This document shows, in pieces, positions 34,572 through 44,461 of a DNA stretch of 64,000 nt. The notes under the pieces were generated by a model, which made no database searches, was not told the DNA's origin, and was given only the letters and a program-made list of their open reading frames with translations. The DNA comes from Chloroflexia bacterium (lineage in GTDB: Bacteria > Chloroflexota > Chloroflexia > Thermomicrobiales > CFX8), in the NCBI GenBank assembly GCA_030431755.1, contig JAUIIK010000005.1, forward strand, positions 2,801 to 66,800, in the 5' to 3' direction. The position numbers were made by a program, and so were the translations under genes. Positions within the stretch are counted from its first letter, which is position 1. The number at the start of each line of letters is the position of its first letter.

Positions 34572-36083
34572 CTATCGAGTCGCCACGCCTTCCTCGGCCC
34601 GCACGGCTGTTACCGCAGCCTCTCCCGCAATTCGACCGAAGACCGCGCCGGATGTCAGCCCGGTCCCGCCTGGGTAGTTGAAGTAGAACAGGCCACCGAC
34701 GATCTCGCCCGCGGCGAACAGTCCCGGTATCGGCTGCAAATCCTCGTTCAGAACCTGGCCTTCGGTGTTTATGCGCAGTCCACCGAACGTGAATGTAATG
34801 CCGCAGGTCACCTGATAGGCCTCGAAGGGCGGCGAGTCCAGGCGGTTGGCCCAGTTCTGCCGTGGTATCGGCAACCCATCCGCGCTCCGTCCATCCTTGA
34901 CAGTAGGATCGAACGGTATGTCGGTTCTCACGGCCTCGTTGTATGCCGTTACCGTCTCCAAGAAGCGGCTGGCGTCAACATCTTCAAGCTTCTCAGCGAG
35001 TTCTTCGAGGGTATCCGCTGTGACCTTCGTGACTTCACGAATGCGGTACTCGTCGCGCAGCAGGTTCGTCACCTTCTGATCGAAGATCTGCCACGCGAAT
35101 TGCCCAGGCTGCTCGAGAACGCGCCGACCGTACTCGGCGTAGGTATAGTTGCGGAAATCAGCGCCTTCATCGACGAAGCGCTCGCCTCGAGCATTGATCA
35201 TGATGCCAAATGGATAGCTGTGCTTCTGAAAGCCATCGCCGACTGCCAGATCGCCAAAGTCCGGAGCGTTGCGATCCCAGCCCACTGAGTGGCAGCCAGA
35301 CCAGTTGCCCCAGGGAATCGCGCCGACATCCAACGCCATCCGAATTCCGTCGCCTGTGTTATGTCGTGTTCCGCGTACTTTGGCCAGCTCCCAACCGGGG
35401 CCCAGATACCGCGTGCGCCACTCAGCGTTGGACTCAAAGCCGCCGCAGGCAAGCACAACAGCGCCACAGTGGATCTCTCGAGTCTCGCTTCCTGACCGCA
35501 CGACGAGCCCCTTGATCGTGCCGTCTTCCTCGATGAGGCGTTCGGCTCGCGTGCCGTACTGGATTTCGATGCCCTGGCGCTCGCAAGCGCCGACCAGCGC
35601 CTCAATCAGCCCTGGCCCCCCACCGGACACGAGCAGTGTGATGCCGCCCCAGAACTTGAAGTGTCCGTTGACTTTGAAGGCCTGATGCGAATATGCAGGC
35701 ACAAAGCGCACCTGGTGATTATCATGCAGCCACTGCCATGTGGACAGGCTCTGCGTGACCATGATTGGCACCAGCTCCGGATCGGAGCGAAACTGCGTAA
35801 TGCGATCCATGTCCTCGTAGAACTTGTCGGCCGTATACGTCCCGAAATCGGTCGTGCGCTTTTCTTCCTCATTGAGATCCGGGACAAGCGTCAGCAGATC
35901 ATCGAGGCTCTCATAGACGGTTCGAATAGCCCCACCGGTGAATCGGCTGTTTCCACCTTGCTCTGCCTCGCTGGCGCGTTCCAGGACGACCACGTCGGCG
36001 CCCTGCTCACGAGCTGCGAGCGCAGCGCACAGCGCCGCGTTTCCTGCGCCGACGACAACGACCGTGTTATTCCTTGCAGACAT
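34572..36083 (-). CDS. FAD-dependent oxidoreductase, TcuA-like (fumarate reductase/succinate dehydrogenase flavoprotein fold)
   Basis: N-terminal VVVVGAGNAALCAALAAREQGADVVVLE dinucleotide fold, GGNSRFTGG, and a C-terminal AAGEIVGG...GTGLTSGAVFGR block. Confidence 0.7.
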   Translation of the reverse strand: MSARNNTVVVVGAGNAALCAALAAREQGADVVVLERASEAEQGGNSRFTGGAIRTVYESLDDLLTLVPDLNEEEKRTTDFGTYTADKFYEDMDRITQFRSDPELVPIMVTQSLSTWQWLHDNHQVRFVPAYSHQAFKVNGHFKFWGGITLLVSGGGPGLIEALVGACERQGIEIQYGTRAERLIEEDGTIKGLVVRSGSETREIHCGAVVLACGGFESNAEWRTRYLGPGWELAKVRGTRHNTGDGIRMALDVGAIPWGNWSGCHSVGWDRNAPDFGDLAVGDGFQKHSYPFGIMINARGERFVDEGADFRNYTYAEYGRRVLEQPGQFAWQIFDQKVTNLLRDEYRIREVTKVTADTLEELAEKLEDVDASRFLETVTAYNEAVRTDIPFDPTVKDGRSADGLPIPRQNWANRLDSPPFEAYQVTCGITFTFGGLRINTEGQVLNEDLQPIPGLFAAGEIVGGLFYFNYPGGTGLTSGAVFGRIAGEAAVTAVRAEEGVATR

Positions 36084-36116
36084 CTCTGGGTCCTTTCCAG
36101 CATTTCCATTTTTGAC

Positions 36117-38438
36117 CTAGCGGATGCCCTGGCCCCCGCGGTTAATGATTTGCCAGATCTTGCGGTCAGTGATCGGCAGGTCGAGCGGCTCAACATCAAA
36201 TGGACGCAGCGCATCCATGACGGCGTTCGCCACTGCCGGCGGCGCATGGACGGTGCCAGCCTCGCCTACCCCCTTGGCCCCGAGAATGTTCCGCGGGGTC
36301 GGAGTAACCGTGCGCTCAAGTTGAAAGTTTGGAAACCATGAGGCTTTCGGCACTGCATAGTCCATCAAGGAACCAGACACGAGCTGGCCGCTATCGTCGT
36401 AGACCACCTGCTCCCACAGCGTCTCGGCAATGCCCTGGACCGCGCCACCGATAAGCTGGCCTTCAACAAGACGTGGGTTCACCACGTTGCCGACGTCATC
36501 GACAGAAACAAAGCGTTCGATCGTTGGTTTGCCGGTGTCGCGATCGATCGACACGAGCGCGGCCGTAGAACCGAATGGGAACGTATCCCCATCGGCCTGA
36601 TACCGAACATTCGCCTCAATTCCTCGCGCCGCGCCGCCAGCTGCGTCATGGCCGTTCTTCGCCAGATAGCTCTCGACTACCTGCTCCAGACGCAGGCGGA
36701 TCTCGGGAGCGCCGCGCGGTCCGACTTCGCCGCCCTCGAGGACGAGGTCATCCGGGGTGACTTCCAACATCTCAGCTGCTTCCGACAAGACCGTCTCGCG
36801 CACCGCCTCCGCTGCCTGTCGGAGTGCGCTGCCGCCTAGCTGCAAACTGCGGCTACCCATAGTGCCGCCGCCACGCGGTTCCACCGCGGTGTCGCCATGC
36901 GTGATGTGGATGTCATCGAGCGCGACGCCCAGCTCGTCACTGATCAGCTGAGCGAAACTCGTCGCGAGGCCCTGCCCGTGGGGCGATGTTCCGGTCACAG
37001 CCTGGATGTGACCATCCTGATCGAGTGTGAGTACCCCTGCGTCGCCGCCGCCGCCGGAAACCTCAACACAGCTGGCGAGCCCAAGCCCAACGACCTCGCC
37101 TGCCGCTCGACGCTCCTCGATCTGCGACTTCAGGGTCTCGAGATCCAGCAGATCGGACAAGCGGTCAAGCGCCTTGTGATAGTCCCCGCTGTCGTAGATA
37201 ATGCCCGACGCATTGGTGTAGGGGAACGCATCTGCCGCTATGAAATTGCGGCGGCGGATGTCGGCTTGGTCCATCCCGAGCGCGTGTGCCACGTCGCTGA
37301 CAACCCGCTCGATGAAGTAGGCGGCTTCCGGCCGGCCGGCCCCGCGATAAGGCCCGACAGGCCCGGTGTTCGTGAAGACAGAGACGATCTCCGATTGCAC
37401 TTCGGGGATCGTGTACGCGCCAGTTGGAAACAGCAACATACGCATCGGCGGCCCGGCGGCGAACTTCATAAGGTATGCGCCAAGGTTCGCAACGGTGCGA
37501 AGCTTCAGGGCTCGAATCCGGCCGTCACTGTCGAATGCCACCTCGCCGTCGGTGTAGGCTTCGCGCCCGTGCATCGAAGATTGAAGATCCTCACTGCGGG
37601 TGGCGATCCACTGCACCGGGCGTCCAGCAATGCGCGCCAATGCGAGCAGGAGGATATCTTCGCGATAGGCGGTCATCTTCGCGCCGAATGCGCCACCAAC
37701 GTCAGGGGTGATGACGCGCACATCTTCGTCTGGCACGCCCATCGCCGTGGCGAGGTCACCACGCTCAAGCCAGGCCGCCTGGGTGCTCAGCCAGAGTGTG
37801 AACTTGCCGGTCTCCTCATCGTAGGAACCGATTCCCCCGCGATTCTCTATTGGGATCGCGGCGACGCGCCCATGCCCCACGCGCACCGACATACGATGTT
37901 CGGCGGCGGCGAAGGCTTCGTCAACCCCGCCCGTGTCCTTCTCCGCAGTCGTGACAACATTCGTGCCAAACTGTGGGTGGACGAGGCTGGCTGACTCCTT
38001 CAACGCCTCGCGGGCGTCAACAACAGCCGGCTGGGTCTCGTAGTCGACCGAGATGAGCTCAAGCGCGTCCTCAGCGATCGCCTGTGACTCGGCCACGACT
38101 GCCACGAGCGGGTCGCCAACGAATCTGACAACGTCGCCAGCGAGCGGCGGATGCTCCGGGATATTGATGTCACCGCCGACAGGGACATCGCCAACATCCC
38201 CCAGGTCAGCCGCCGTCACTACCGCGAGGACGCCATTAAGCTGACTAGCAGCCGTGGTATCTATAGAGCGAACATTCGCATGCGCATGGGGGCTTCTCAG
38301 TAGAGCCACGTATGCGAGATCGGCTATATCTAGATCTTCAAGGTATTGCCCGGCACCGGTAATCAACCGTGGATCTTCGATCCGCTTGACCGACTGCCCG
38401 GTCAACGCCGCGCGTGCTCTGTTCGTTTCGTCTGTCAT
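36117..38438 (-). CDS. xanthine dehydrogenase/aldehyde oxidase family molybdopterin-binding large subunit
   Basis: GQSVKRIEDPRLITGAGQYLEDL hammerhead start, GGAFG and GGGTMGSRS blocks, C-terminal GAKGVGEAG. The ATG at 38438 is preferred over the ORF start at 38477. Confidence 0.85.
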   Translation of the reverse strand: MTDETNRARAALTGQSVKRIEDPRLITGAGQYLEDLDIADLAYVALLRSPHAHANVRSIDTTAASQLNGVLAVVTAADLGDVGDVPVGGDINIPEHPPLAGDVVRFVGDPLVAVVAESQAIAEDALELISVDYETQPAVVDAREALKESASLVHPQFGTNVVTTAEKDTGGVDEAFAAAEHRMSVRVGHGRVAAIPIENRGGIGSYDEETGKFTLWLSTQAAWLERGDLATAMGVPDEDVRVITPDVGGAFGAKMTAYREDILLLALARIAGRPVQWIATRSEDLQSSMHGREAYTDGEVAFDSDGRIRALKLRTVANLGAYLMKFAAGPPMRMLLFPTGAYTIPEVQSEIVSVFTNTGPVGPYRGAGRPEAAYFIERVVSDVAHALGMDQADIRRRNFIAADAFPYTNASGIIYDSGDYHKALDRLSDLLDLETLKSQIEERRAAGEVVGLGLASCVEVSGGGGDAGVLTLDQDGHIQAVTGTSPHGQGLATSFAQLISDELGVALDDIHITHGDTAVEPRGGGTMGSRSLQLGGSALRQAAEAVRETVLSEAAEMLEVTPDDLVLEGGEVGPRGAPEIRLRLEQVVESYLAKNGHDAAGGAARGIEANVRYQADGDTFPFGSTAALVSIDRDTGKPTIERFVSVDDVGNVVNPRLVEGQLIGGAVQGIAETLWEQVVYDDSGQLVSGSLMDYAVPKASWFPNFQLERTVTPTPRNILGAKGVGEAGTVHAPPAVANAVMDALRPFDVEPLDLPITDRKIWQIINRGGQGIR

Positions 38439-38462
38439 GCTTTCTCTCCCTACACAGAGTGC

Positions 38463-38475
38463 GTACAATGTATCC
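38463..38475. promoter_or_regulatory. candidate GntR operator (GTACAATGTATCC) in the Mo-hydroxylase/gntR divergent region
   Basis: TACA-A-TGTA palindrome. It resembles the 20-bp repeats at 43115 and 43352. Confidence 0.35.
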
Positions 38476-38503
38476 AATTCTTGGTGACGAAAGGGTCTAC
38501 GTC

Positions 38504-39232
38504 ATGGCGTCAAACGAAATCTCCTCAAACTCAGCGAAACAGCTTACAAAAATGTGGGAGAACCAGACGATGACCGGAGCCACGTCGGACATGGTTCATC
38601 ACGTCTTACAAGAAGCAATCGTCTCCCATATCCTTGAGCCCGGGCAGCGTCTGACTGAAGAGCAGCTGGCCGGGCTCTTTGCCGTGAGCCGCACCCCGGT
38701 GCGGGAAGCGATCGTCAGGCTCGAAGCCGAACACTTTGCGCAACGTATTCCGCGCCGCGGGCTGGTGGTCAGCAGGGTGACGCCCCAGGACATCGTCGAC
38801 GTCTATATTGTGCGAGAGGCCAACGACGGGCTCGCTGCCTTTCTGGCCGCGCAACATGCAACACCCGCCGACGTATCGAATCTTGAGTGGATCAACAGCC
38901 AGTTCGGCGCTGCGGCGACAGGCGCGGCTGAAAACATGCACCAGCTCGTCACCCTGAACCTGCAGTTCCACGAGGCACTCGCCGAGTCCTCGAACAATAC
39001 CCTGCTCTTGAACATCGTGAAACAGGTCCACAACGTCGTGCGCCGATTCGGAAGCACGACCTTTCGGAAGTCCGGACGCGCGGAGACCTCGGCCGTCGAA
39101 CATGCCCGGCTCGTCGAGGCAATCAAGGCCGGCGACGCAGAGCGTGCGCGCCAGATCGCCGTAGACCACATGGCGACGGCGCGCCGCATTCGCATCTTGA
39201 TGCTTGAGCAAGAAGACTCGACTCCCGTCTAG
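38504..39232 (+). CDS. GntR family transcriptional regulator (FadR/FCD-type C-terminal domain)
   Basis: wHTH LTEEQLAGLFAVSRTPVREAIVRLEAE, followed by a helical FCD-like domain. The start at 38504 is uncertain; the ORF is open from 38414. Confidence 0.85.
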   Translation: MASNEISSNSAKQLTKMWENQTMTGATSDMVHHVLQEAIVSHILEPGQRLTEEQLAGLFAVSRTPVREAIVRLEAEHFAQRIPRRGLVVSRVTPQDIVDVYIVREANDGLAAFLAAQHATPADVSNLEWINSQFGAAATGAAENMHQLVTLNLQFHEALAESSNNTLLLNIVKQVHNVVRRFGSTTFRKSGRAETSAVEHARLVEAIKAGDAERARQIAVDHMATARRIRILMLEQEDSTPV

Positions 39233-39304
39233 GATCGCCTACGCCGCGTGGCAGCCAGCTTGACCGTCATCGGACATACCCCGGTGATAGAAACCGTGTC
39301 GTCA

Positions 39305-40229
39305 TCATCCTCGGATATGGCGCTGACGCGGATCCAACAGATCACGAAGCCCGTCGCCAATGAAGTTGAAGCTCAGTACGGCCAGAAAGATGAATGCGCC
39401 GGGGATGATCGACTGCCACGGATTCACCTCGAGAAAGACGTACCCGTCCCGCAGCATCCCGCCCCAGCTCGGGGTCGGAGGCGGTACGCCAAGGCCCAGG
39501 AAACTCAGACTCGCCTCGGCAAATACGACCTGACCAGCGCCGAGCGAGGCCTGGATCAGAACGATGCTCACGAGGTTGGGGAGAAAGTGGCGAACCACGA
39601 GACGCGGCGGGCGCACGCCAATCGCGCTGGCGGCGACAATGAACTCCTGGTTTCGCAGAGCGAGCACCTGGCCGCGCGTCAAGCGCGCTGTACCCGGAAT
39701 GCGTACGACGGTCAACGCGATGATGATGCTCTGGAGGCTTGCCCCTAACGCAAACGCGATGGTCAACGCCAGAATCAGGCTTGGGAAAGCCATCATCCCG
39801 TCCGTGGCCCGCATGATCACACTGTCGACCCAACCAAATCCATAGCCACTGATGAGGCCGAGGGCGACACCGATGATCGTGCCGCCAACGACGGCGCTCA
39901 ACGCGACGAAGAGCGAGATCCTGCCCCCGTAGATGATGCGCGAAAGACTATCCCGTCCCAGGGTGTCGGTTCCAAAGAGATGCTCCCGTGTCGGTTCTTC
40001 TAACCGTGCCGTCGCGTCGATCTGGTTCGGGCTATACGGCGCGATCACCGGAGCGAACACGGCGCCCAGCACAAGGATCAAGAGCACCATCATGCCGATG
40101 CCGAGCTGCGGGTACGCGCGCGATCCGCAGCCACTCCAGCGGCAGGCTCTTTCGGGGCCGGCGCTCCGCGCCCAGCGTCTCGGCGCTGCCTAGATCCCTC
40201 AACGTCGAATCCGCCGTCGATCTAGCCAT
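39305..40229 (-). pseudogene. DppC/OppC-type ABC permease, N-terminus in a different frame (apparent 1-nt frameshift near 40110-40125)
   Basis: The ATG at 40229 overlaps the dppB-like stop (ATGGCTAG) and encodes ...RKSLPLEWLRIAR, which aligns with the DppC N-terminus. The frame then breaks in a GCGCGCG run. The remainder (YPQLGIGMMVLLILVLGAVFAPVIAPYSP...) continues in the frame of ORF 39305-40093. Confidence 0.65.
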
Positions 40230-41178
40230 ACATTGCCCGAATTCTTGGGTCCAGCAGACCGTAGGCGAGGTCGGTCACGAGATTCACCGCGACTACCATG
40301 AGCGTGATGAAGAGGACGACGCCTTGCACGACTGGCAGGTCCCGGCCAAATATCGCGTCGATGATCAACGTCCCCATGCCCGGTAGCGAGAAGATCGTCT
40401 CGGTCACCACGGCGCCGGCAAAGAGCCCGCCCATCTCAAGGCCGAGGATCGTGACGATGGGGATGAGCGCATTCTTCATAGCGTGCCCGAAGATGACAGC
40501 GCGCGAGCGCAGGCCTTTGGCCCTGGCAGTGCGCACATAGTCCTGGTCGAGCACTTCCAGCATCGATGATCTGACGTAGCGCGCCTGGGAGCCGATGTAG
40601 CCGGTCGCGAGTGTCAACGTCGGCAGCAGCATGAGCTTCAGGTTCTGGACCGGATCATCGAGAAACGGCACGTATCCCGATGACGGCAACCAACCCAGCT
40701 TGAGCGAGAAGGCGAAGATGAGCAGGATACCGAGCCAGAAGTTCGGTATAGAAAGGCTGATCGAGGCAAGCCCCGAGATCACGACATCAACCGGCGACCC
40801 TGGCCGCAACGCAGCCAAGGTCCCCAGTGGGATTGATATCGCCAGCGCCAGACCAAGCGCGAGGAACGTCAGCTCTAGTGTTACCGGAAGCCGATCACGG
40901 ATGGTGTCGGTAACCGTCACCGGGCTCCGCCAGGAGGTCCCGAGATCGCCACTAAGGACGTGTCGCATCCAATCGAGATATTGGACCGGCACCGGACGAT
41001 TTACCCCCAGGTCCTCGCGCATCCGGTCGATTGTCTGCTGATCGGCAGCCGTGTCCTGTCCAAGGATGACAAGCACCGGGTCTCCGACGACCATGCTCAT
41101 GAGCGCGAACGTCGCAATGGAGATCACGATCAGCACGGGCAACATTTGCAGTAGTCGTCGGAGAACGTACCGGAACAT
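40222..41178 (-). CDS. DppB/OppB-type ABC permease
   Basis: MFRYVLRRLLQMLPVLIVISIATF start and BPD_transp_1 core, both typical of DppB. Confidence 0.85.
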   Translation of the reverse strand: MFRYVLRRLLQMLPVLIVISIATFALMSMVVGDPVLVILGQDTAADQQTIDRMREDLGVNRPVPVQYLDWMRHVLSGDLGTSWRSPVTVTDTIRDRLPVTLELTFLALGLALAISIPLGTLAALRPGSPVDVVISGLASISLSIPNFWLGILLIFAFSLKLGWLPSSGYVPFLDDPVQNLKLMLLPTLTLATGYIGSQARYVRSSMLEVLDQDYVRTARAKGLRSRAVIFGHAMKNALIPIVTILGLEMGGLFAGAVVTETIFSLPGMGTLIIDAIFGRDLPVVQGVVLFITLMVVAVNLVTDLAYGLLDPRIRAMYG

Positions 41179-41189
41179 GTCAAGCCCTA

Positions 41190-43025
41190 TCAGCTGGAGC
41201 TAAGTGAGAATTCGCGCAACCGGAGAATCAGATCCGGGTGGTAGACGAAGTTCTGAAGCTCCGCCCGACGAACCGCAAAGACCGATGGCCAGTGCTGGAA
41301 CGTGTAGTCAGCCTGCTCGATAATCAGCCGCTCCACCTCGTGATAGATCTCGGCGGCTTCGGCCGTGTCGTAGATGGATGCAGCCTCGTCGAGCAGCTCG
41401 TCGATCGTTGCGTTGTCGGAGCCAGTCGTGTTCTGGAAACCCGTTGAATACCACAGGATTCGCAAGAGCCCGTCGGGGTCCGCCCGGGGGGCCCAGCTCG
41501 TCGGCACCCAGTTGCTGACGTCCTCTTTGGTCAGCGTAAACGCATCGGCAGCATTGACCGTCTCAATTTCAACGGTAATACCCAGCTCTTGATACTGCGC
41601 CTGGAGCAACTGGGCGAGTGTCTGATTGAACTGCGTGTTCGAAGCAGTGAGGGTAAAGGTTTCGCCTGCCATGCCCGAAGCTTCGACGAACTCCTTCGCG
41701 AGGTCGAGGTCGAAGTCCAGCCCCTCGGAGTCAAGGCTCGGGTCGTAGGCCCAGCCGCCACCGAGCGGGTGGGTGGCTACGCGCCCTGTGCCCCCGTACA
41801 TCACTTCCTTGATCTGCTCGCGGTCGGTGGCATGCGCGATGGCCTTGCGGAAGTCAGCGTTGTCAAACGGCGGCTTGTCGAGGTCGAAGTGCGTGCCGGC
41901 GAAACGGGCGCTCTGCAGCTCTTCGATCACGAGGTCGTCTTAGTTCTCGACTGTCTCGAGCAGCGTCGGATCAACGCCGTCGATGATGTGGGCTTCGCCA
42001 GTTCTAATCTGCGTAAGCTGGACCTGAGTCTCGGGAACATGGCGGATCTCGATGCGGTCGAGATACGGCTTGCCGTCTTCCCAGTAGTCTTCGAAACGCT
42101 CGAGGGCTATGAAACCATCGGGCGCCCACTCCACGAACTTGAAGGGACCGGAACCAACGGGGTTAAGGGCGAACTGATCACCAAGTTCCTGAGCGGCAGT
42201 CGGCGACACAATGAAACCGGGCCGTTCGCCGAGCGTCGCCAGAATCGGACGCCAGGGCTTCGACAGGTTGACCTGGACAGTCACGGCATCGAGCGCGTCA
42301 ACAGACGCGATGGCCTCTGAGAGCTGGCTGCTGAGCGGCGAGTTCACTTCGGGATCCAGCACGCGCTCAATGTTCCACTTGATGGCTTCCGCATCACAGG
42401 GGGTTCCGTCATGGAACACGACACCTTCATGAAGGTTGAAGGTGATGACCGTGCCGTCCTCGCTGAAATCCCAGGACTCCGCAAGCTCTGGAATGATGTT
42501 GAAGTCGACATCGTATCCAACCAGGTTGTTGTAGATCAGGTACAGGGCGTAGCGCTCGGAAAACTGCGCTGAGAAGTGCGGGTCCAATGTATTGGCATCG
42601 AGGTTTGTCGCATACACTAGCGTGCCGCCGGTCGCCGGCGCTTCACCTGAGTCACCTTCCGTTGGCGATGCCTCGCCCTCGTCGGCAGCCGTCTCCGTCG
42701 GATCTGCTCCGTCGCCATCCTCGGACTCCGTCGCCTCCCCTTCGTCGGCAGCCTCGGTTGGCGTGGCCTCTGAACCACCATCATCTGAGGTGGCCGTCGC
42801 CTCTTGGGCAGCGCCGCCCGATGTCGCGGTCGCATTGTCGTCATCATCGTCGTCGTCATCGCCACCACACGCAGCGAGAAGCGCGCTTGCGACGACGCCA
42901 GCCGAGAGGCCGACGAAAGCCCGGCGAGAAATCTGATGGCGTTGGAACTGATCGAGATAGTCACTTGGATTCGGCATTAGTCTCCTCCTCAATGCCTCAC
43001 GTTGATATGCGCCTAGGTTCGCCAT
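41190..43025 (-). pseudogene. family 5 (peptide/nickel-type) substrate-binding lipoprotein interrupted by an in-frame TAA (41940-41942)
   Basis: ORFs 41940-43025 and 41190-41930 are in the same frame and read ...LLETVEN[TAA]DDLVIEELQSARFAGTHF... across the stop. The N-terminal part has a TAT signal, a lipobox (LLAAC) and an acidic linker. The C-terminal part has no signal peptide. Confidence 0.7.
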
Positions 43026-43114
43026 ACGGCTCGAATCTCAAGACCTGCATCGCAAACCAACCGCGTGCCCCCCGGTTGCATTCGCGACAAGAAGCGGGTC
43101 CTGCATTAGGCATC

Positions 43115-43134
43115 GAATACAGTGTATACAGTCC
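43115..43134. promoter_or_regulatory. candidate operator GAATACAGTGTATACAGTCC
   Basis: Contains overlapping palindromes ATACA-G-TGTAT and TGTATACA. A near-identical copy lies 237 bp downstream. Confidence 0.45.
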
Positions 43135-43351
43135 ATACAGACTGTCAAGCGCTACGTTGCCACCGCTTCTTAATTGGACGGGCTAGAGGCGGTTACAAGC
43201 TCATTGCAGGCTTCGGCCAGCACCGCATGCCAGCACGTGAAACTGCGCTTCGCGCCACCGGAGGCTGGAGCGAGCGGTCTGAAATTCGTCATTCGTTGCG
43301 GACCTATTGCAATGCAAATGCACTTCGGATACTCTAGTCACGCTCGTGATT

Positions 43352-43371
43352 GAATACACTGTATACACTCC
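43352..43371. promoter_or_regulatory. candidate operator GAATACACTGTATACACTCC
   Basis: 18 of 20 positions identical to 43115-43134. It sits about 65 bp upstream of the first cyclophilin-like gene. Confidence 0.45.
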
Positions 43372-43434
43372 CGAATGACCAGCGATCGTGCAGCCTACGC
43401 TGGAGGGAGATGGGTAAAGACGAAGGGATACCCG

Positions 43435-43863
43435 ATGCGAATACAAGTCAAAGTCGGTGACACGGTAGCCGAGGCAGCCCTGTTCGAGGACAAGGCGCCG
43501 AAGACGGTCTCAGCCCTGTGGGAGCGCTTGCCGATTCAGGATCGCACCATCCAAGCACGTTGGTCCGGCGACGCCTGGCGCACGGAGGGCAACTATGAAC
43601 TGCTCACCCAGGCAGATCCCGTCGAGAACGGGGCTGAGCGGCTCAGCGCCGGCGACGTCATCTACTATCCTGGCTATCGCAGCGGCCTGCTCAAGGTCGC
43701 CATCGCCTACGGCAACGCCCAATGGCTCGCGCCATTCATGGTGCCGCTCGATGTCTCGCACATCGGGAAGATCGACACGAACCTGGATCAATTCGTCGAG
43801 CAGTGCTCGCAAATCATCTTCCAGGGCCCATTCGAAATTGAGATCTCGCGTATCGAATCCTAA
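43435..43863 (+). CDS. cyclophilin-like fold protein (DUF3830-type, assigned from memory)
   Basis: 142 aa: MRIQVKVGDTVAEAALFEDKAPKTVSALWERLP...WSGDAWRTEG...AGDVIYYPG. Paralog of 44009-44437. Confidence 0.55.
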   Translation: MRIQVKVGDTVAEAALFEDKAPKTVSALWERLPIQDRTIQARWSGDAWRTEGNYELLTQADPVENGAERLSAGDVIYYPGYRSGLLKVAIAYGNAQWLAPFMVPLDVSHIGKIDTNLDQFVEQCSQIIFQGPFEIEISRIES

Positions 43864-44008
43864 CCGCAGATATTCCGTATGCCGCGTGGCGCGGACGAGA
43901 CTCTCGCCGGTCGTGGCCAACGCGCGTTCGGGCACGGCGTGCACGAGCGCGAACCAGTAAGAGCAACAAGACAGCAGGTCACAACGACCAGAAAGGAACC
44001 AATTCCCA

Positions 44009-44437
44009 ATGCGCATCCAGATCAAAGTCGGAGATGTCGTCGCCGAAGCGCAGCTCTTCGATGACAAAGCGCCGAAGACCACGAAAGCTCTCTGGGAGCA
44101 CCTGCCCATCACCGATCGCACGATTCAGACCCGCTGGTCAGGCGACGCCTGGCGCACCGAAGGAAACTACGAGCTACGGCCCGAAGGTGAGCCCGTCGAA
44201 AACGTCGCCGGGCGGCTGAGCGCCGGAGACATCATCCACTTCCCTGGCTACCGCGGAGGGCTGATCAAGGTCGGCATCGCCTATGGCAAGGCTCAGTGGC
44301 TCAACCCGTTCATGGAGCCGATCGACGTCGCGTACCTCGGGAAAATCGACACGAACCTGGACGAGTACGTCGAACTCTGCCAGCGAATCATCTTCGACGG
44401 TCCGCTCGACGTCGAGATTACGCGCATAGAGGAATAG
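44009..44437 (+). CDS. cyclophilin-like fold protein (DUF3830-type), tandem paralog
   Basis: 142 aa, colinear with 43435-43863 and roughly 70% identical to it by eye. Confidence 0.55.
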   Translation: MRIQIKVGDVVAEAQLFDDKAPKTTKALWEHLPITDRTIQTRWSGDAWRTEGNYELRPEGEPVENVAGRLSAGDIIHFPGYRGGLIKVGIAYGKAQWLNPFMEPIDVAYLGKIDTNLDEYVELCQRIIFDGPLDVEITRIEE

Positions 44438-44461
44438 CCGTAGCTCGGAGGGGAGGCGTCA

